The notes under the pieces are model-generated. The model did no database searches and had not been told where the DNA came from. It saw only the letters and a program-made list of their open reading frames with translations. Position numbers and translations under genes: made by a program. From Desulfatiglandales bacterium (lineage in GTDB: Bacteria > Desulfobacterota > DSM-4660 > Desulfatiglandales > Desulfatiglandaceae), in contig OY759599.1 of assembly GCA_963662465.1 (NCBI GenBank), positions 4,352,001 to 4,416,000 of the forward strand: a stretch of DNA of 64,000 nucleotides. Reading direction: 5' to 3'. Shown here piece after piece: positions 31,753 to 41,625 of the stretch; position 1 is the stretch's first letter, and each line of letters opens with the position of its first letter.

Positions 31753-33135
31753 TTAGTCTTCAAGGCCATAACCCGCGTTCCGCCAGGCAGTAAGCCCTCC
31801 TGCCAGGCTGTGAACATGGCTGAATCCATCCTGTTTGAGGTGGCTGGCCACAATGTTTGACCGATATCCGATGCCGCAAACCAAAATGACTTCCTCGTCT
31901 TTCGGAATGTTCAGACTCTTTTCCAGGATATCGGTCATGGGGACGTGGCGTGAATTCGGAATATGACCCTGGGCCCTTTCTTCGGGGGTCCGAACATCCA
32001 CGATTTGGCCGAAATCTTTCTTGTCCAATTGCTGTTTGAGACTGTGGGCGGAGATGGGCGATAAGCTGTCAATGGGCATGCCGCTTGAAATCCAAGCTGC
32101 CATGCCACCGGAAAGATAACCATATATATTATCATAACCGATTCTGTGGAGCTGGGTCGTCATCTGGTCATACTTATCCCGGTCATCCACCACCAGCAGA
32201 AGATTGTCCGAAGGATCAACAACCATGCCGATCCAGTTGGCCATCTGCTTTTCAAATCCGATATTGATGGCGCCGGGGATATGAAATCCGCCGAAAGCAG
32301 CAGTGTCCCGGGTATCGATAATGGTTGCGCCTTGTTGGCGGATCTGTTCAAACTGATCCGGATTCAGCGTTTGCTCCAGTGGGCAGCGCTCCAGAAGCGG
32401 GGCGCCATGGGCATTGGTACTGATAATGTGCGTAAAACTTTTGGGCCTGACGGGAAAATCACCCGCAATCAGATCATGGAACGCATCAAACCCGGATAAC
32501 TGAAGCACGGGCTGGGTCAGACGTTCATAGCCCAAGGTACTGCTGGCCTTGGCGCTTAACCCTTTGCCGCACAGAGAACCCTGCCCATGGGCAGGGAAAA
32601 CCTCCAAATAATCCGGCAGGCGGTGCAGTTTTTCATAAAGAGAATTATACAGGTTTTTCACCTGTTCCTCTAAGACTTCCGCCCCGGCCAGATCCGGCCG
32701 GCCGATGGAGCCCACGAAAAGAAGGTCTCCGGTAAGAATTAGCTCGGGGATGTCCGATCGAGCCTTATCCGTCACCAGAATCGATATGGAGTTCGGCGTA
32801 TGGCCCGGGGTATTCAAAATTTCAAGCTTGACCATTCCGAACTCAATCACATCGCCTTCTTTCAGTTCTTTATGATCAAAGGTCACAGGCGTGCCTTCAC
32901 CGTAATAAATAGCCGCTCCCGTGCGTGATTTTAATTCCTGGTTGCCGCTGACATGATCGGCATGCAAATGGGTTTCAACGATATGGGTGATCTTCATCCC
33001 CTCATCCCTGGATATGTCCATGTAATCCTGCACATCGCGCTTGGGATCCACAATCACAGCCTGCCTTGCGCCTGGACAGCCGATAACATAGGAATTACAA
33101 CCCAATCCCGGCACGGTAATCTGTTTAAAATACAT
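31753..33135 (-). CDS. MBL-fold hydrolase fused to two rhodanese domains (persulfide dioxygenase/CstB-like)
   Basis: THLHADH, TPGHTP, TGDLLFVGSIGRPDL, GFHIPGA, GHIP, CGIGYRS. Confidence 0.9.
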   Translation of the reverse strand: MYFKQITVPGLGCNSYVIGCPGARQAVIVDPKRDVQDYMDISRDEGMKITHIVETHLHADHVSGNQELKSRTGAAIYYGEGTPVTFDHKELKEGDVIEFGMVKLEILNTPGHTPNSISILVTDKARSDIPELILTGDLLFVGSIGRPDLAGAEVLEEQVKNLYNSLYEKLHRLPDYLEVFPAHGQGSLCGKGLSAKASSTLGYERLTQPVLQLSGFDAFHDLIAGDFPVRPKSFTHIISTNAHGAPLLERCPLEQTLNPDQFEQIRQQGATIIDTRDTAAFGGFHIPGAINIGFEKQMANWIGMVVDPSDNLLLVVDDRDKYDQMTTQLHRIGYDNIYGYLSGGMAAWISSGMPIDSLSPISAHSLKQQLDKKDFGQIVDVRTPEERAQGHIPNSRHVPMTDILEKSLNIPKDEEVILVCGIGYRSNIVASHLKQDGFSHVHSLAGGLTAWRNAGYGLED

Positions 33136-33296
33136 TTTTCAAATCCTTTCCCTGGTTGATTTTATAGAACGCGGAACCTTAATTTGGATAGACCAGGTTC
33201 CAGTTTGCAACGGAAATACAATAAGTTAAAAAAAAAATTAAGTTAAAAAGTTAAGGGCGTACCATTTTTCCTTACGATCTCCTTAGCGTACTGACA

Positions 33297-33401
33297 TTGA
33301 TGCACTCGTAAAAAGTCCGATTTCCGCTGTTTTAGGTAGCATAACCCGTTGATATTATTAGTGGCGATTTCATCGTTTTTGATTTTTTACGGGGCCATCA
33401 A
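33297..33401. mobile_element. MITE-like element, 105 bp
   Basis: IRs TTGATGcactCGTAAAAAgTC / GAtTTTTTACGgggcCATCAA; no ORF. Confidence 0.6.
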
Positions 33402-33456
33402 CGAAAAGCTACGCGGCGCGGTTTTTTTTTGCGTCCGCTTGAGCGACAGGTTCGCC
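33396..33456 (-). other. attC site, distal end of the array
   Basis: Minus strand GGCGAAC-ctgt-CGCTcaaGCGGACGC...GCGCCGCgtAGC-tttc-GTTGATG, downstream of a TA pair. Confidence 0.65.
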
Positions 33457-33538
33457 AGCTCCGACTTTCGCTTGTCAATAAGACGTTTTTCTTCCGCCAA
33501 AACATCCTGGTCAATGTGCAACGGCTTTGCCGAGTGAA

Positions 33539-33739
33539 TTACTCCATAGCCTCAGAGATGATCATGTCACCACGAAGGAGGTTATTTACAACGGAATTTA
33601 TGTCAGTTCTTTTCCTCTGTGCTATTTTCTCCACAAATTCTTTTACTTCTCCCACAAGGTAAATTGGCAGGTTCAGTTTTAGATCTGTACGATAGAATTT
33701 GCCCCTTTCTCCCTTTGAAAAATCATACTCTTTTCTCAT
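33539..33739 (-). CDS. BrnA-like antitoxin
   Basis: MRKEYDFSKGERGKFY N-terminus; coupled to the BrnT gene. Confidence 0.75.
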   Translation of the reverse strand: MRKEYDFSKGERGKFYRTDLKLNLPIYLVGEVKEFVEKIAQRKRTDINSVVNNLLRGDMIISEAME

Positions 33740-34029
33740 TATTGCTCTCCATATGAATGGACTTCCCTTTTGGATGCCTTGCGGCTTGAAAAAATACGTA
33801 TTGTCGCAGAGGCTGGATTTTTACGAAATGTATGGAATACAAGCAAGAGCCTGGCATTCTTTAATATACCTAATGTGACCCACCTATCCTCATTCCCGCT
33901 ATGATCTGGATCATATATTGTAACGGCCATTAGATCAAGAAATACGGTTGCCGCTTCTTCAAAATTGACCCCATGTTTTCTCTTGTTCAATTGTGCTTTT
34001 TGGGGATCCCATTCGAAGTCATAATCCAT
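33739..34029 (-). CDS. BrnT-family toxin
   Basis: FEWDPQKAQLNKRKHGVNFEEA, EDRW, IRIFSSRKA. Confidence 0.85.
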   Translation of the reverse strand: MDYDFEWDPQKAQLNKRKHGVNFEEAATVFLDLMAVTIYDPDHSGNEDRWVTLGILKNARLLLVFHTFRKNPASATIRIFSSRKASKREVHSYGEQ

Positions 34030-34030
34030 A

Positions 34031-34239
34031 ATATCCGCGCTCAAAATCCAGTTTATATTCAAACCGGCACACTTTTCACGAAATTCTTTCAGCGCCGGGT
34101 AAGGAAACTTTTGGCTCTCCCAGGTAAGCGAAGACTCCGGGTTCCCGAGCTATCCATTTGAATCCATGCCCTGGTCTCAGACCCCGGTGGTGACCTCATT
34201 TACGCGGGTTCCCAAGGTTTCGGGCTTACCTCGGCGCGA
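34031..34239 (-). mobile_element. Collapsed group II intron relic (about 210 bp)
   Basis: Mosaic of blocks matching the intron at 50524-54706: 5' end TCGCGCCGAGGTAAG, GAGCTATCCATTTGAATCCATGCCCTGGTC, and RT piece LKEFREKCAGLNINWILSADI. Confidence 0.8.
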
Positions 34240-34256
34240 GCAGCGTTGGGTTGGGT
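34240..34256 (-). other. Half attC (R''-L''), 5' exon of the intron relic
   Basis: Minus strand ACCCAAC (perfect RYYYAAC)-ccaa-CGCTGC, just after the stop at 34282. Confidence 0.7.
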
Positions 34257-34281
34257 GATCTCCACAACACTTGATGAAACA

Positions 34282-34630
34282 TCATGCCGCATTCAGGGCT
34301 GGCTGTGATTCCACATAAGTAGCCGGAATTTGCTCTGTTGGTGACGCCTGAAAATGGGTAAGTTTCAAAAACTGGCGTACCGGCATTGTATTTACCACGT
34401 GTAAAACTAACTCACGTAAGTCTTCAGGTACCTCATTCAGTTTGTCTAACGCATAGCTACGGGGTCCATATTCAGTGTGTTCCGTCAAAATCGAAAAATG
34501 AAGTACAGTGATGCTAATCGCCCGACGTGTTTGTAAATTTACTCGTAAAAGAATGTGATCGGTTAATTCCACCCCCGTGACCGGTTCATTTTGCCGAAAG
34601 AAGATTTCCAGAATATCAGCTTCTCGGTCT
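34282..34630 (-). pseudogene. 5'-truncated DUF2283-like cassette gene
   Basis: Frame reads DREADILEIFF...GVELTDHILLR...SITVLHFS up to a hairpin element at 34631; no start codon before it. Confidence 0.5.
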
Positions 34631-34699
34631 CAGATTGAATCTGAGCGGGGGGACTCTGTGCTTTAAATCAAATCAATCCGCCCCGCTCAGTTCAATCTG
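34631..34699. repeat. 69-bp inverted-repeat mini-element
   Basis: CAGATTGAA(t)CTGAGCGGGG ... CCCCGCTCAGTTCAATCTG. Confidence 0.65.
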
Positions 34700-34717
34700 T
34701 AGGGGTTCGACCTGGCG

Positions 34718-35146
34718 TCAATCCATCAAATACACTGCCGAAGTGTCGAATGCCTCCTCCGGCGTACCGTGCCAAGACCCGTTATCGAAAAAAGATGGCT
34801 CGTACTTCATATGGCTGTACGTATAGAAAGCCATCGACCATTTATCTTCGTTACCAAAGAATCGAAGGCGGCACAGATGCGTCGGGACATCACGCAATTG
34901 TGCAACACGCTCTTCACGTGATTTCCCTCCAAAAAGCTCTGGATTGTAGTCTGAGGGAACAAAAGGTTCTTTGTAGGCATCGATATAACAAAACTTCCCT
35001 TTGAACCTGACTTCGATCCGGTTATACTTTCCAGCATAGTATTTCTGCGCATGCGCAAGGATGCGTTGACGAATACGAGGTTTCTTGGCATCCGGAATTT
35101 TCGTACCCCCAGAGTGAGGGTCATAAATCCAAGTTTTTCTTTGCAT
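34718..35146 (-). CDS. Hypothetical cassette protein, 142 aa
   Basis: Bounded by complementary core sites: minus-strand GTTCGAC (35169-35175) and GTCGAAC (34705-34711). Confidence 0.7.
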   Translation of the reverse strand: MQRKTWIYDPHSGGTKIPDAKKPRIRQRILAHAQKYYAGKYNRIEVRFKGKFCYIDAYKEPFVPSDYNPELFGGKSREERVAQLRDVPTHLCRLRFFGNEDKWSMAFYTYSHMKYEPSFFDNGSWHGTPEEAFDTSAVYLMD

Positions 35147-35168
35147 TTCAGTATACCTATTTATGCGA

Positions 35169-35303
35169 GTCGAACGACCGGGGTAAGTTACCGCCAACAT
35201 TGAGAACTAAGCAACTTACGGGTCCCTCTCCTGGCTTTCTTCGAGGAAGTAGCCGTGAAAAATCGCCATGTTGTTGGCGGTCTCCTTGACCCCATGGTTA
35301 CGT
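35169..35303 (-). other. attC site
   Basis: + strand GTCGAAC-gacc-GGGGTAAG..ACCGCCAACA ... TGTTGGCGGT..CTT(G)ACCCC-atg-GTTACGT, with an extrahelical G. Confidence 0.8.
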
Positions 35304-35427
35304 CAATATGGGGGCGTGAAAGGCAAAAGGGAGCTTAAGGTGAATCAAATTATTTGACTTTTTTCATGACATCCTTTAATCTTCCTAATATCCTAAGCTT
35401 ATTAATTAAATTGAAAAAGGTATATCA

Positions 35428-36653
35428 TTGGCGAAGTTACCATCTTATGTTCGTGAAGTAAATGTTGCATTTGAATATCTGTTAGAAGAGTACTGTAATG
35501 AAAGCTATGATATCACCGAATCCATAGCTGAAATAAATAATTACACCAATATAGACCCGGAATTCAACATTAATGATGAGGAAAAAATTGTTGCTTCTTT
35601 TTTAAAAAAGCCATGTCCATGTTCACGGAACTGTCAAAAACAACTAAATCAGGATGAAGTAATCAGCAACCGAGCATTTTTCCGATCTTTGGAAGAAGGA
35701 AAGGAACTACATTCTTCTGGTACAACTGAGGTCTTTGCTTTCCCACTCAGAATATTCGATTTCAGCTCGTTCAAAGAAAAACAGAGAGAGGAAAAGATTT
35801 GATTACCGCATTAGCATTGATCGTCCGGTGTGCAAGGCTGTTTTTCTGTTTTACTATGGAGAAACTTCAAAGAGATTAGACCGACTTAAGAACTATGTTA
35901 CTGGAAAAGCTATATCTATGCCGATTCACGGCAATTCTGGTCGCACACCTGCAAATGCATACGACATGTATGACAAAGAAAAAGTAAAATTATTTCTAAC
36001 AAATTTTCTGGCTATCCACGGATTGCCCGATCCTGGTCGAGATGTCAGAAAGGGAAAAGGTAAATTGCGAGTCCTTCTACCTTCGATTATGAACTTCAAC
36101 TCGGTACATCGGCAATATGCAATAAGTATTAAAGCTTCCGGCAAATCTCCCATTGCCTATCGAACTTTTATAAAGATTTGGAAGGAAGAGTTTCCACATG
36201 CCAAATTTAACGATCCTAGAAGCGATCTTTGCATGACATGTGAAGACTTTAAAAAGCGCTTAAATCAAGTTGCAGCGGTATTAGATGAAGAAAAGGAAAA
36301 AAAACAAGCGCAAATACATAAGGAAGCTCTTGACCATTTAAAACAAGTCAAGAAGGAACGGCTTTTCTATAAAGCAAATACAAAAATTGCAAATAGCTAT
36401 TGTCAAAAACTTGGCTCAGAAGCTCTCCATTCCAAACCCAGCAAACCGAATTCAAAAAACATTATGTCTCATTATTCATGGGACTTCGCCCAACAACTGC
36501 ATTACCCTTTTGAAGATCAGCAAGTTGGTCCTATTTTTTTTAAAACACCCCGAAGAACACAACTTTTTGGGGTATGTAACGAAGGAGTTCCGTGCCAATA
36601 TAACTACCTGATCGACGAAGAACACTTTCTCGGAAAAAATGCTAATACAGTTA
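35428..36653 (+). pseudogene. Eukaryote-type Sola-like transposase, frameshifted near 35692 and truncated by an IS
   Basis: CPC..NC, VCKAVFLF, HGNSGRTP.NA, PRSDLCMTC and HYSWDFAQQLHYP...QVGPIFFKTPRR...FGVC.E...NYLIDE...GK.ANTV. Confidence 0.7.
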
Positions 36654-37960
36654 CGCATAAGTCTAAATGTTGTGGGGTTGTATAACCCATCAAAATTAAA
36701 AGGCGTTTTCGGTAAACAAGAATGCATTATGAACATTCATAACTTGAATCCAAGGTAAGTCAAATGTTTGGCCGTTGGCTAATTCAAAGGGACTTTTATG
36801 AGCATTTTTTGCGCCAGGTAAAAATGGGACAAAATTCCTGATAGTCGCATGTGCTCGAAAGAAAAGACTTGCCCATTTCTTATCTCGAAAACTCTCAATT
36901 TGTTTTAGTTTACGTTTGATTCCTTTTAAATAATTGTCAACAATGGAGGTTGTTTGTTTTATCCCATTTCTATTTTTATGAGAGGTATAATGAGTGGCAT
37001 TTTCTTTTAATTCTACTACCCTCTTTTTTAGTAATGGATGAGAAAATGCATCGTCATCTAATGCCTTAATCTTTACTTCCAAGTTAACTTTAGATGTGGA
37101 TGTTTTCAAAACTTTCTTAAATTTTTTATAAAGCTTGTCCACTTCTTGGTCGGTACATTTTGATTCTTTTTGATATTTTGATAGTGCATCGTAGAAGTTT
37201 TTCAAACAATGACGATGGCAATATCCGACCCAAATGTTATGGAATACGGTCTTGATAGCATTGGTTGAGGCTTTCCACTTATCTTTTGTTACACCAAGGA
37301 TTTTGAAGTCGATTTTTTGCAAAAAATCCTCAAATGAACCGCACAGGTTTTCTTCATCAACATGATCAACATAATCGGAGTGCCATACTAATAAATTTTC
37401 AGGATCGACCATAACTACAGAATAAGTTCTTAAATTTGGTTCTTTTTCAAAGCCCTCATCTTCCTGTAGATATCCTGAGCCTTTCACTCCTGCTCTTGTT
37501 AGTATTGTTGCAGGATGAAGTGTTCCTGCCCATCGATTCCAGTTCAAGATGGTCTGTTTGCTTTTGACACTTTTTTTGCCAATAATTTTAAGGCTTTCGA
37601 TGGCTCCTTGAATGCTCGCATTAAAACGGTACATATTCCGAAATACGTGCCCAATAATCTCTATACCAAAATTCTTTTCCCTTGGGAGAAAGCTGGGAAC
37701 AAGAGAGAACTTTTGTTTGCACTTCCGGCATTGTATCATGCGGATTGGGAATGTCTGTTGTTCTCCTCCATTCATTATTGTTTTTCGAGGATTCCCGCGG
37801 AAACCAGATAAAATATATTCTTTAGGTCCAGAACATGTTGAATTATGGCCTGTGTGGTGATCATATTTATCGAGTTTATCTAATACTTCAATGCGAAACT
37901 TCTTACTATCTTTTACGAGAGCATGATAGCTTTCGGTGTTATTATAAGGAAAGATATATG
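36654..37960 (-). mobile_element. Partial copy of the 2006-bp IS (one IR plus the 3' part of the transposase)
   Basis: Begins CGCATAAGTCTAAATGTTGTGGGGTT; near-identical to 37961-39267; abuts the full copy. Confidence 0.9.
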
Positions 37961-39966
37961 CGCATAAGTCTAAATGTTGTGGGGTTGTATAACCCATCAA
38001 AATTAAAAGGCGTTTTCGGTAAACAAGAATGCATTATGAACATTCATAACTTGAATCCAAGGTAAGTCAAATGTTTGGCCGTTGGCTAATTCAAAGGGAC
38101 TTTTATGAGCATTTTTTGCGCCAGGTAAAAATGGGACAAAATTCCTGATAGTCGCATGTGCTCGAAAGAAAAGACTTGCCCATTTCTTATCTCGAAAACT
38201 CTCAATTTGTTTTAGTTTACGTTTGATTCCTTTTAAATAATTGTCAACAATGGAGGTTGTTTGTTTTATCCCATTTCTATTTTTATGAGAGGTATAATGA
38301 GTGGCATTTTCTTTTAATTCTACTACCCTCTTTTTTAGTAATGGATGAGAAAATGCATCGTCATCTAATGCCTTAATCTTTACTTCCAAGTTAACTTTAG
38401 ATGTGGATGTTTTCAAAACTTTCTTAAATTTTTTATAAAGCTTGTCCACTTCTTGGTCGGTACATTTTGATTCTTTTTGATATTTTGATAGTGCATCGTA
38501 GAAGTTTTTCAAACAATGACGATGGCAATATCCGACCCAAATGTTATGGAATACGGTCTTGATAGCATTGGTTGAGGCTTTCCACTTATCTTTTGTTACA
38601 CCAAGGATTTTGAAGTCGATTTTTTGCAAAAAATCCTCAAATGAACCGCACAGGTTTTCTTCATCAACATGATCAACATAATCGGAGTGCCATACTAATA
38701 AATTTTCAGGATCGACCATAACTACAGAATAAGTTCTTAAATTTGGTTCTTTTTCAAAGCCCTCATCTTCCTGTAGATATCCTGAGCCTTTCACTCCTGC
38801 TCTTGTTAGTATTGTTGCAGGATGAAGTGTTCCTGCCCATCGATTCCAGTTCAAGATGGTTTGTTTGCTTTTGACACTTTTTTTGCCAATAATTTTAAGG
38901 CTTTCGATGGCTCCTTGAATGCTCGCATTAAAACGGTACATATTCCGAAATACGTGCCCAATAATCTCTATACCAAAATTCTTTTCCCTTGGGAGAAAGC
39001 TGGGAACAAGAGAGAACTTTTGTTTGCACTTCCGGCATTGTATCATGCGGATTGGGAATGTCTGTTGTTCTCCTCCATTCATTATTGTTTTTCGAGGATT
39101 CCCGCGGAAACCAGATAAAATATATTCTTTAGGTCCAGAACATGTTGAATTATGGCCTGTGTGGTGATCATATTTATCGAGTTTATCTAATACTTCAATG
39201 CGAAACTTCTTACTATCTTTTACGAGAGCATGATAGCTTTCGGTGTTATTATAAGGAAAGATATATGTTTGATTTCCTCGTTTAGAAACAAGGTCTTCCA
39301 TTTTCTTTTTTACATTTTCGATTATGGATTTATCAAAAGATTTTAACATCCCTATCTCAAATGCAATACTTATTGTACTATCACGACTTTTTACATTATT
39401 CAATTTTTTAGTAATATTACTTATCATTGAACGAATTGAATAAAAGATTCTAATTTTCTGTCGATCCCGTTGTGTTTTTGGAATGCTTTTTTTCCCTTTT
39501 ATTGGCTTACAAATATCCCATAATTGACTTATTAACCTACCAAGTTCATCAATAAGAGCAGACAATGTTACATAAAAATATTGCAATGATTGAAACATCT
39601 CCCTTTCATTGATCCATGATCTGATGGCATTAATGCATTTCTCAATTTCAAAGAAAATCTCAGGATACTGTTTTGGATCGTAATAACATTGTCTTGCAAG
39701 TCTGTTTTGAGCTTTGTCCAACATTGTCAAAGCTCTCTTAATATTATTAATCATGTGCAACCTCTCTAATTTAACATAGACTGTTGCACTATGATTATGC
39801 ACACTTATCAAAAAAAGTCCCTAACTTTTTTCCGCTAAGGCGAATTCAGGAAAAAATGTTTGGCCTCACGAAATGCGCTTTGATTAGGATATTGATTCGG
39901 AACCGTTTAACAGATGAAATAATTTCAATATGTTAGAGTAAACCCCACAACATTTAGACTTATGCG
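37961..39966 (-). mobile_element. Unclassified IS, 2006 bp, perfect 26-bp IRs
   Basis: CGCATAAGTCTAAATGTTGTGGGGTT / AACCCCACAACATTTAGACTTATGCG; no TSD at this copy. Confidence 0.9.
38003..39811 (-). CDS. Putative Mutator-like (IS256/ISH6-related) transposase
   Basis: CRKC Zn knuckle, LQEDEG, VTKD, CHRH (CxxH), TTSIVDNY; sole long ORF between the IRs. Confidence 0.7.
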   Translation of the reverse strand: MISVHNHSATVYVKLERLHMINNIKRALTMLDKAQNRLARQCYYDPKQYPEIFFEIEKCINAIRSWINEREMFQSLQYFYVTLSALIDELGRLISQLWDICKPIKGKKSIPKTQRDRQKIRIFYSIRSMISNITKKLNNVKSRDSTISIAFEIGMLKSFDKSIIENVKKKMEDLVSKRGNQTYIFPYNNTESYHALVKDSKKFRIEVLDKLDKYDHHTGHNSTCSGPKEYILSGFRGNPRKTIMNGGEQQTFPIRMIQCRKCKQKFSLVPSFLPREKNFGIEIIGHVFRNMYRFNASIQGAIESLKIIGKKSVKSKQTILNWNRWAGTLHPATILTRAGVKGSGYLQEDEGFEKEPNLRTYSVVMVDPENLLVWHSDYVDHVDEENLCGSFEDFLQKIDFKILGVTKDKWKASTNAIKTVFHNIWVGYCHRHCLKNFYDALSKYQKESKCTDQEVDKLYKKFKKVLKTSTSKVNLEVKIKALDDDAFSHPLLKKRVVELKENATHYTSHKNRNGIKQTTSIVDNYLKGIKRKLKQIESFRDKKWASLFFRAHATIRNFVPFLPGAKNAHKSPFELANGQTFDLPWIQVMNVHNAFLFTENAF

Positions 39967-41625
39967 CAAAAAACACACTGATGCGAAAATGAACACATGC
40001 GTCACATGTCGGTTCATATAGTTCCCCTGTTATTTCAAGTGGTTGTAATGTTGGGAAACTAATATAATACAAACAGCTGTGAATGTCCATCGTTATTCCA
40101 GCATGTTATCGTATTGTTTTTGAATCCATTAAAAAATAATAATAGCTATGAATTACGACAATTTCGAATCAATCTATCAAGGCGCTCGTTCCTGTTCCCC
40201 TTATGGGCCTGTATCCTTACCGGGGATGTACTACCAATGCCTCTGATATCGTATTTTATCGTGGAGATGTTGTTCCGCCAAGTAAGTGCTGCCTGCCTCC
40301 TCGGCAAAATTTGCAGAACTTATTTTTAAAACGCGAACGATAAGTAAAGTGTTTAATGATCCGGAAGATGACGCCGATTCCGAAGACGGCGATAATCCGG
40401 AAGATGATCCCGGTCCAAAAGGCGGCAACCCCCCACCGAAAGGCCATGGTCGAAACGGTGCTTCGGCTTTTACCGGCGCCGAAAGAAAGTTCATAAGCCA
40501 CGAGAGTCTCAAACATGGTGACCCCTGTCCGGAATGTCCCAGGGGAAAAGTGTATCGGTTAAAAGTTCCCGAAAAGTTAATCCGGATTAAGGGTTCGCCG
40601 CCTTTAACGGGAACGATTTATGAACTGGAAAAGCTTCGCTGCAACCTGTGCGGCCAAATTTTTACCGCAACGCCTCCTGAAGATATGGGAACTCAGAAAC
40701 ATGATGAAACGGTTGCGGTTTCCATTGCCCTTCTAAAATACGCCAACGGCGTTCCTTTCTATCGGTTGCAGCAGTTTCAAGCCATGATGGGTGTTCCGGT
40801 TCCCGCATCAACCCAGTGGGGTATCGTTGAGCCATTGGGTTTGGAGGCCAAAGGGCCGTATATCGAACTACTGAAACAATCCGCACAGGGGGAGTTGTTC
40901 CACATTGACGATACGACGGGAAAAGTTCTGAGCCTCATGAAGGAAGGTGAAACCAAAAACGGTCGAAAAGGGATTTTTACCACCGGCGTTATATCCAAAA
41001 TGGATGACCGCCAGGCGGTTCTTTATTTTACCGGCAGAAATCACGCGGGTGAAAATCTGAAGGCGCTTCTTGAAAATCGCCTGACCGGTCTCAGTCCACC
41101 TCAGCTTATGTGCGATGCCTTGTCTCGAAATTCATCGGAGGATCTGGATGTCATTATGGCAAACTGCCTGACCCATGCCCGCCGATACTTCGTGGATGTC
41201 GCCCCGAGCTTTCCAGAAGAGTGCCGGTTTGTGATCGATACCCTTGCCAAAGTGTATCACAATGATCAGATTGCCAGGGACGAAAACATGTCACCCGAAG
41301 AGCGTCTGGCCTTCCATCAGGCTGAAAGCAAACCCTTGATGGATAAATTGTATTGCTGGCTCAACAAGCAATTGGACGAAAAACTCGTGGAACCGAATTC
41401 CGGTTTGGGAAAGGCAATTCAGTATATGCTGAATCACTGGAAGGCGTTAACCCGGTTCCTGGAAGTTCCTGGAGCGCCCCTTGACAACAACATCTGTTAT
41501 GCCGCGAGCGGCATAACAGATGTAATGCCGACTCCCGGATTATGCCGTATTGCCAATTTTATCCGTTTTAACTGGTCGAAACTGCGTTGGACCCCTTATT
41601 CTCATGGCTCTTTCAATCGGCATAA

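Noticed and set aside
36696..38000. 434-aa ORF as an independent gene
   Set aside because: Its start is read out of the neighbouring IS inverted repeat; it is the truncated transposase copy.
39967..40320. Possible cassette gene start (MNRHVTHVFIF) or IS66 left end
   Set aside because: Too short; no attC or convincing inverted repeat found.
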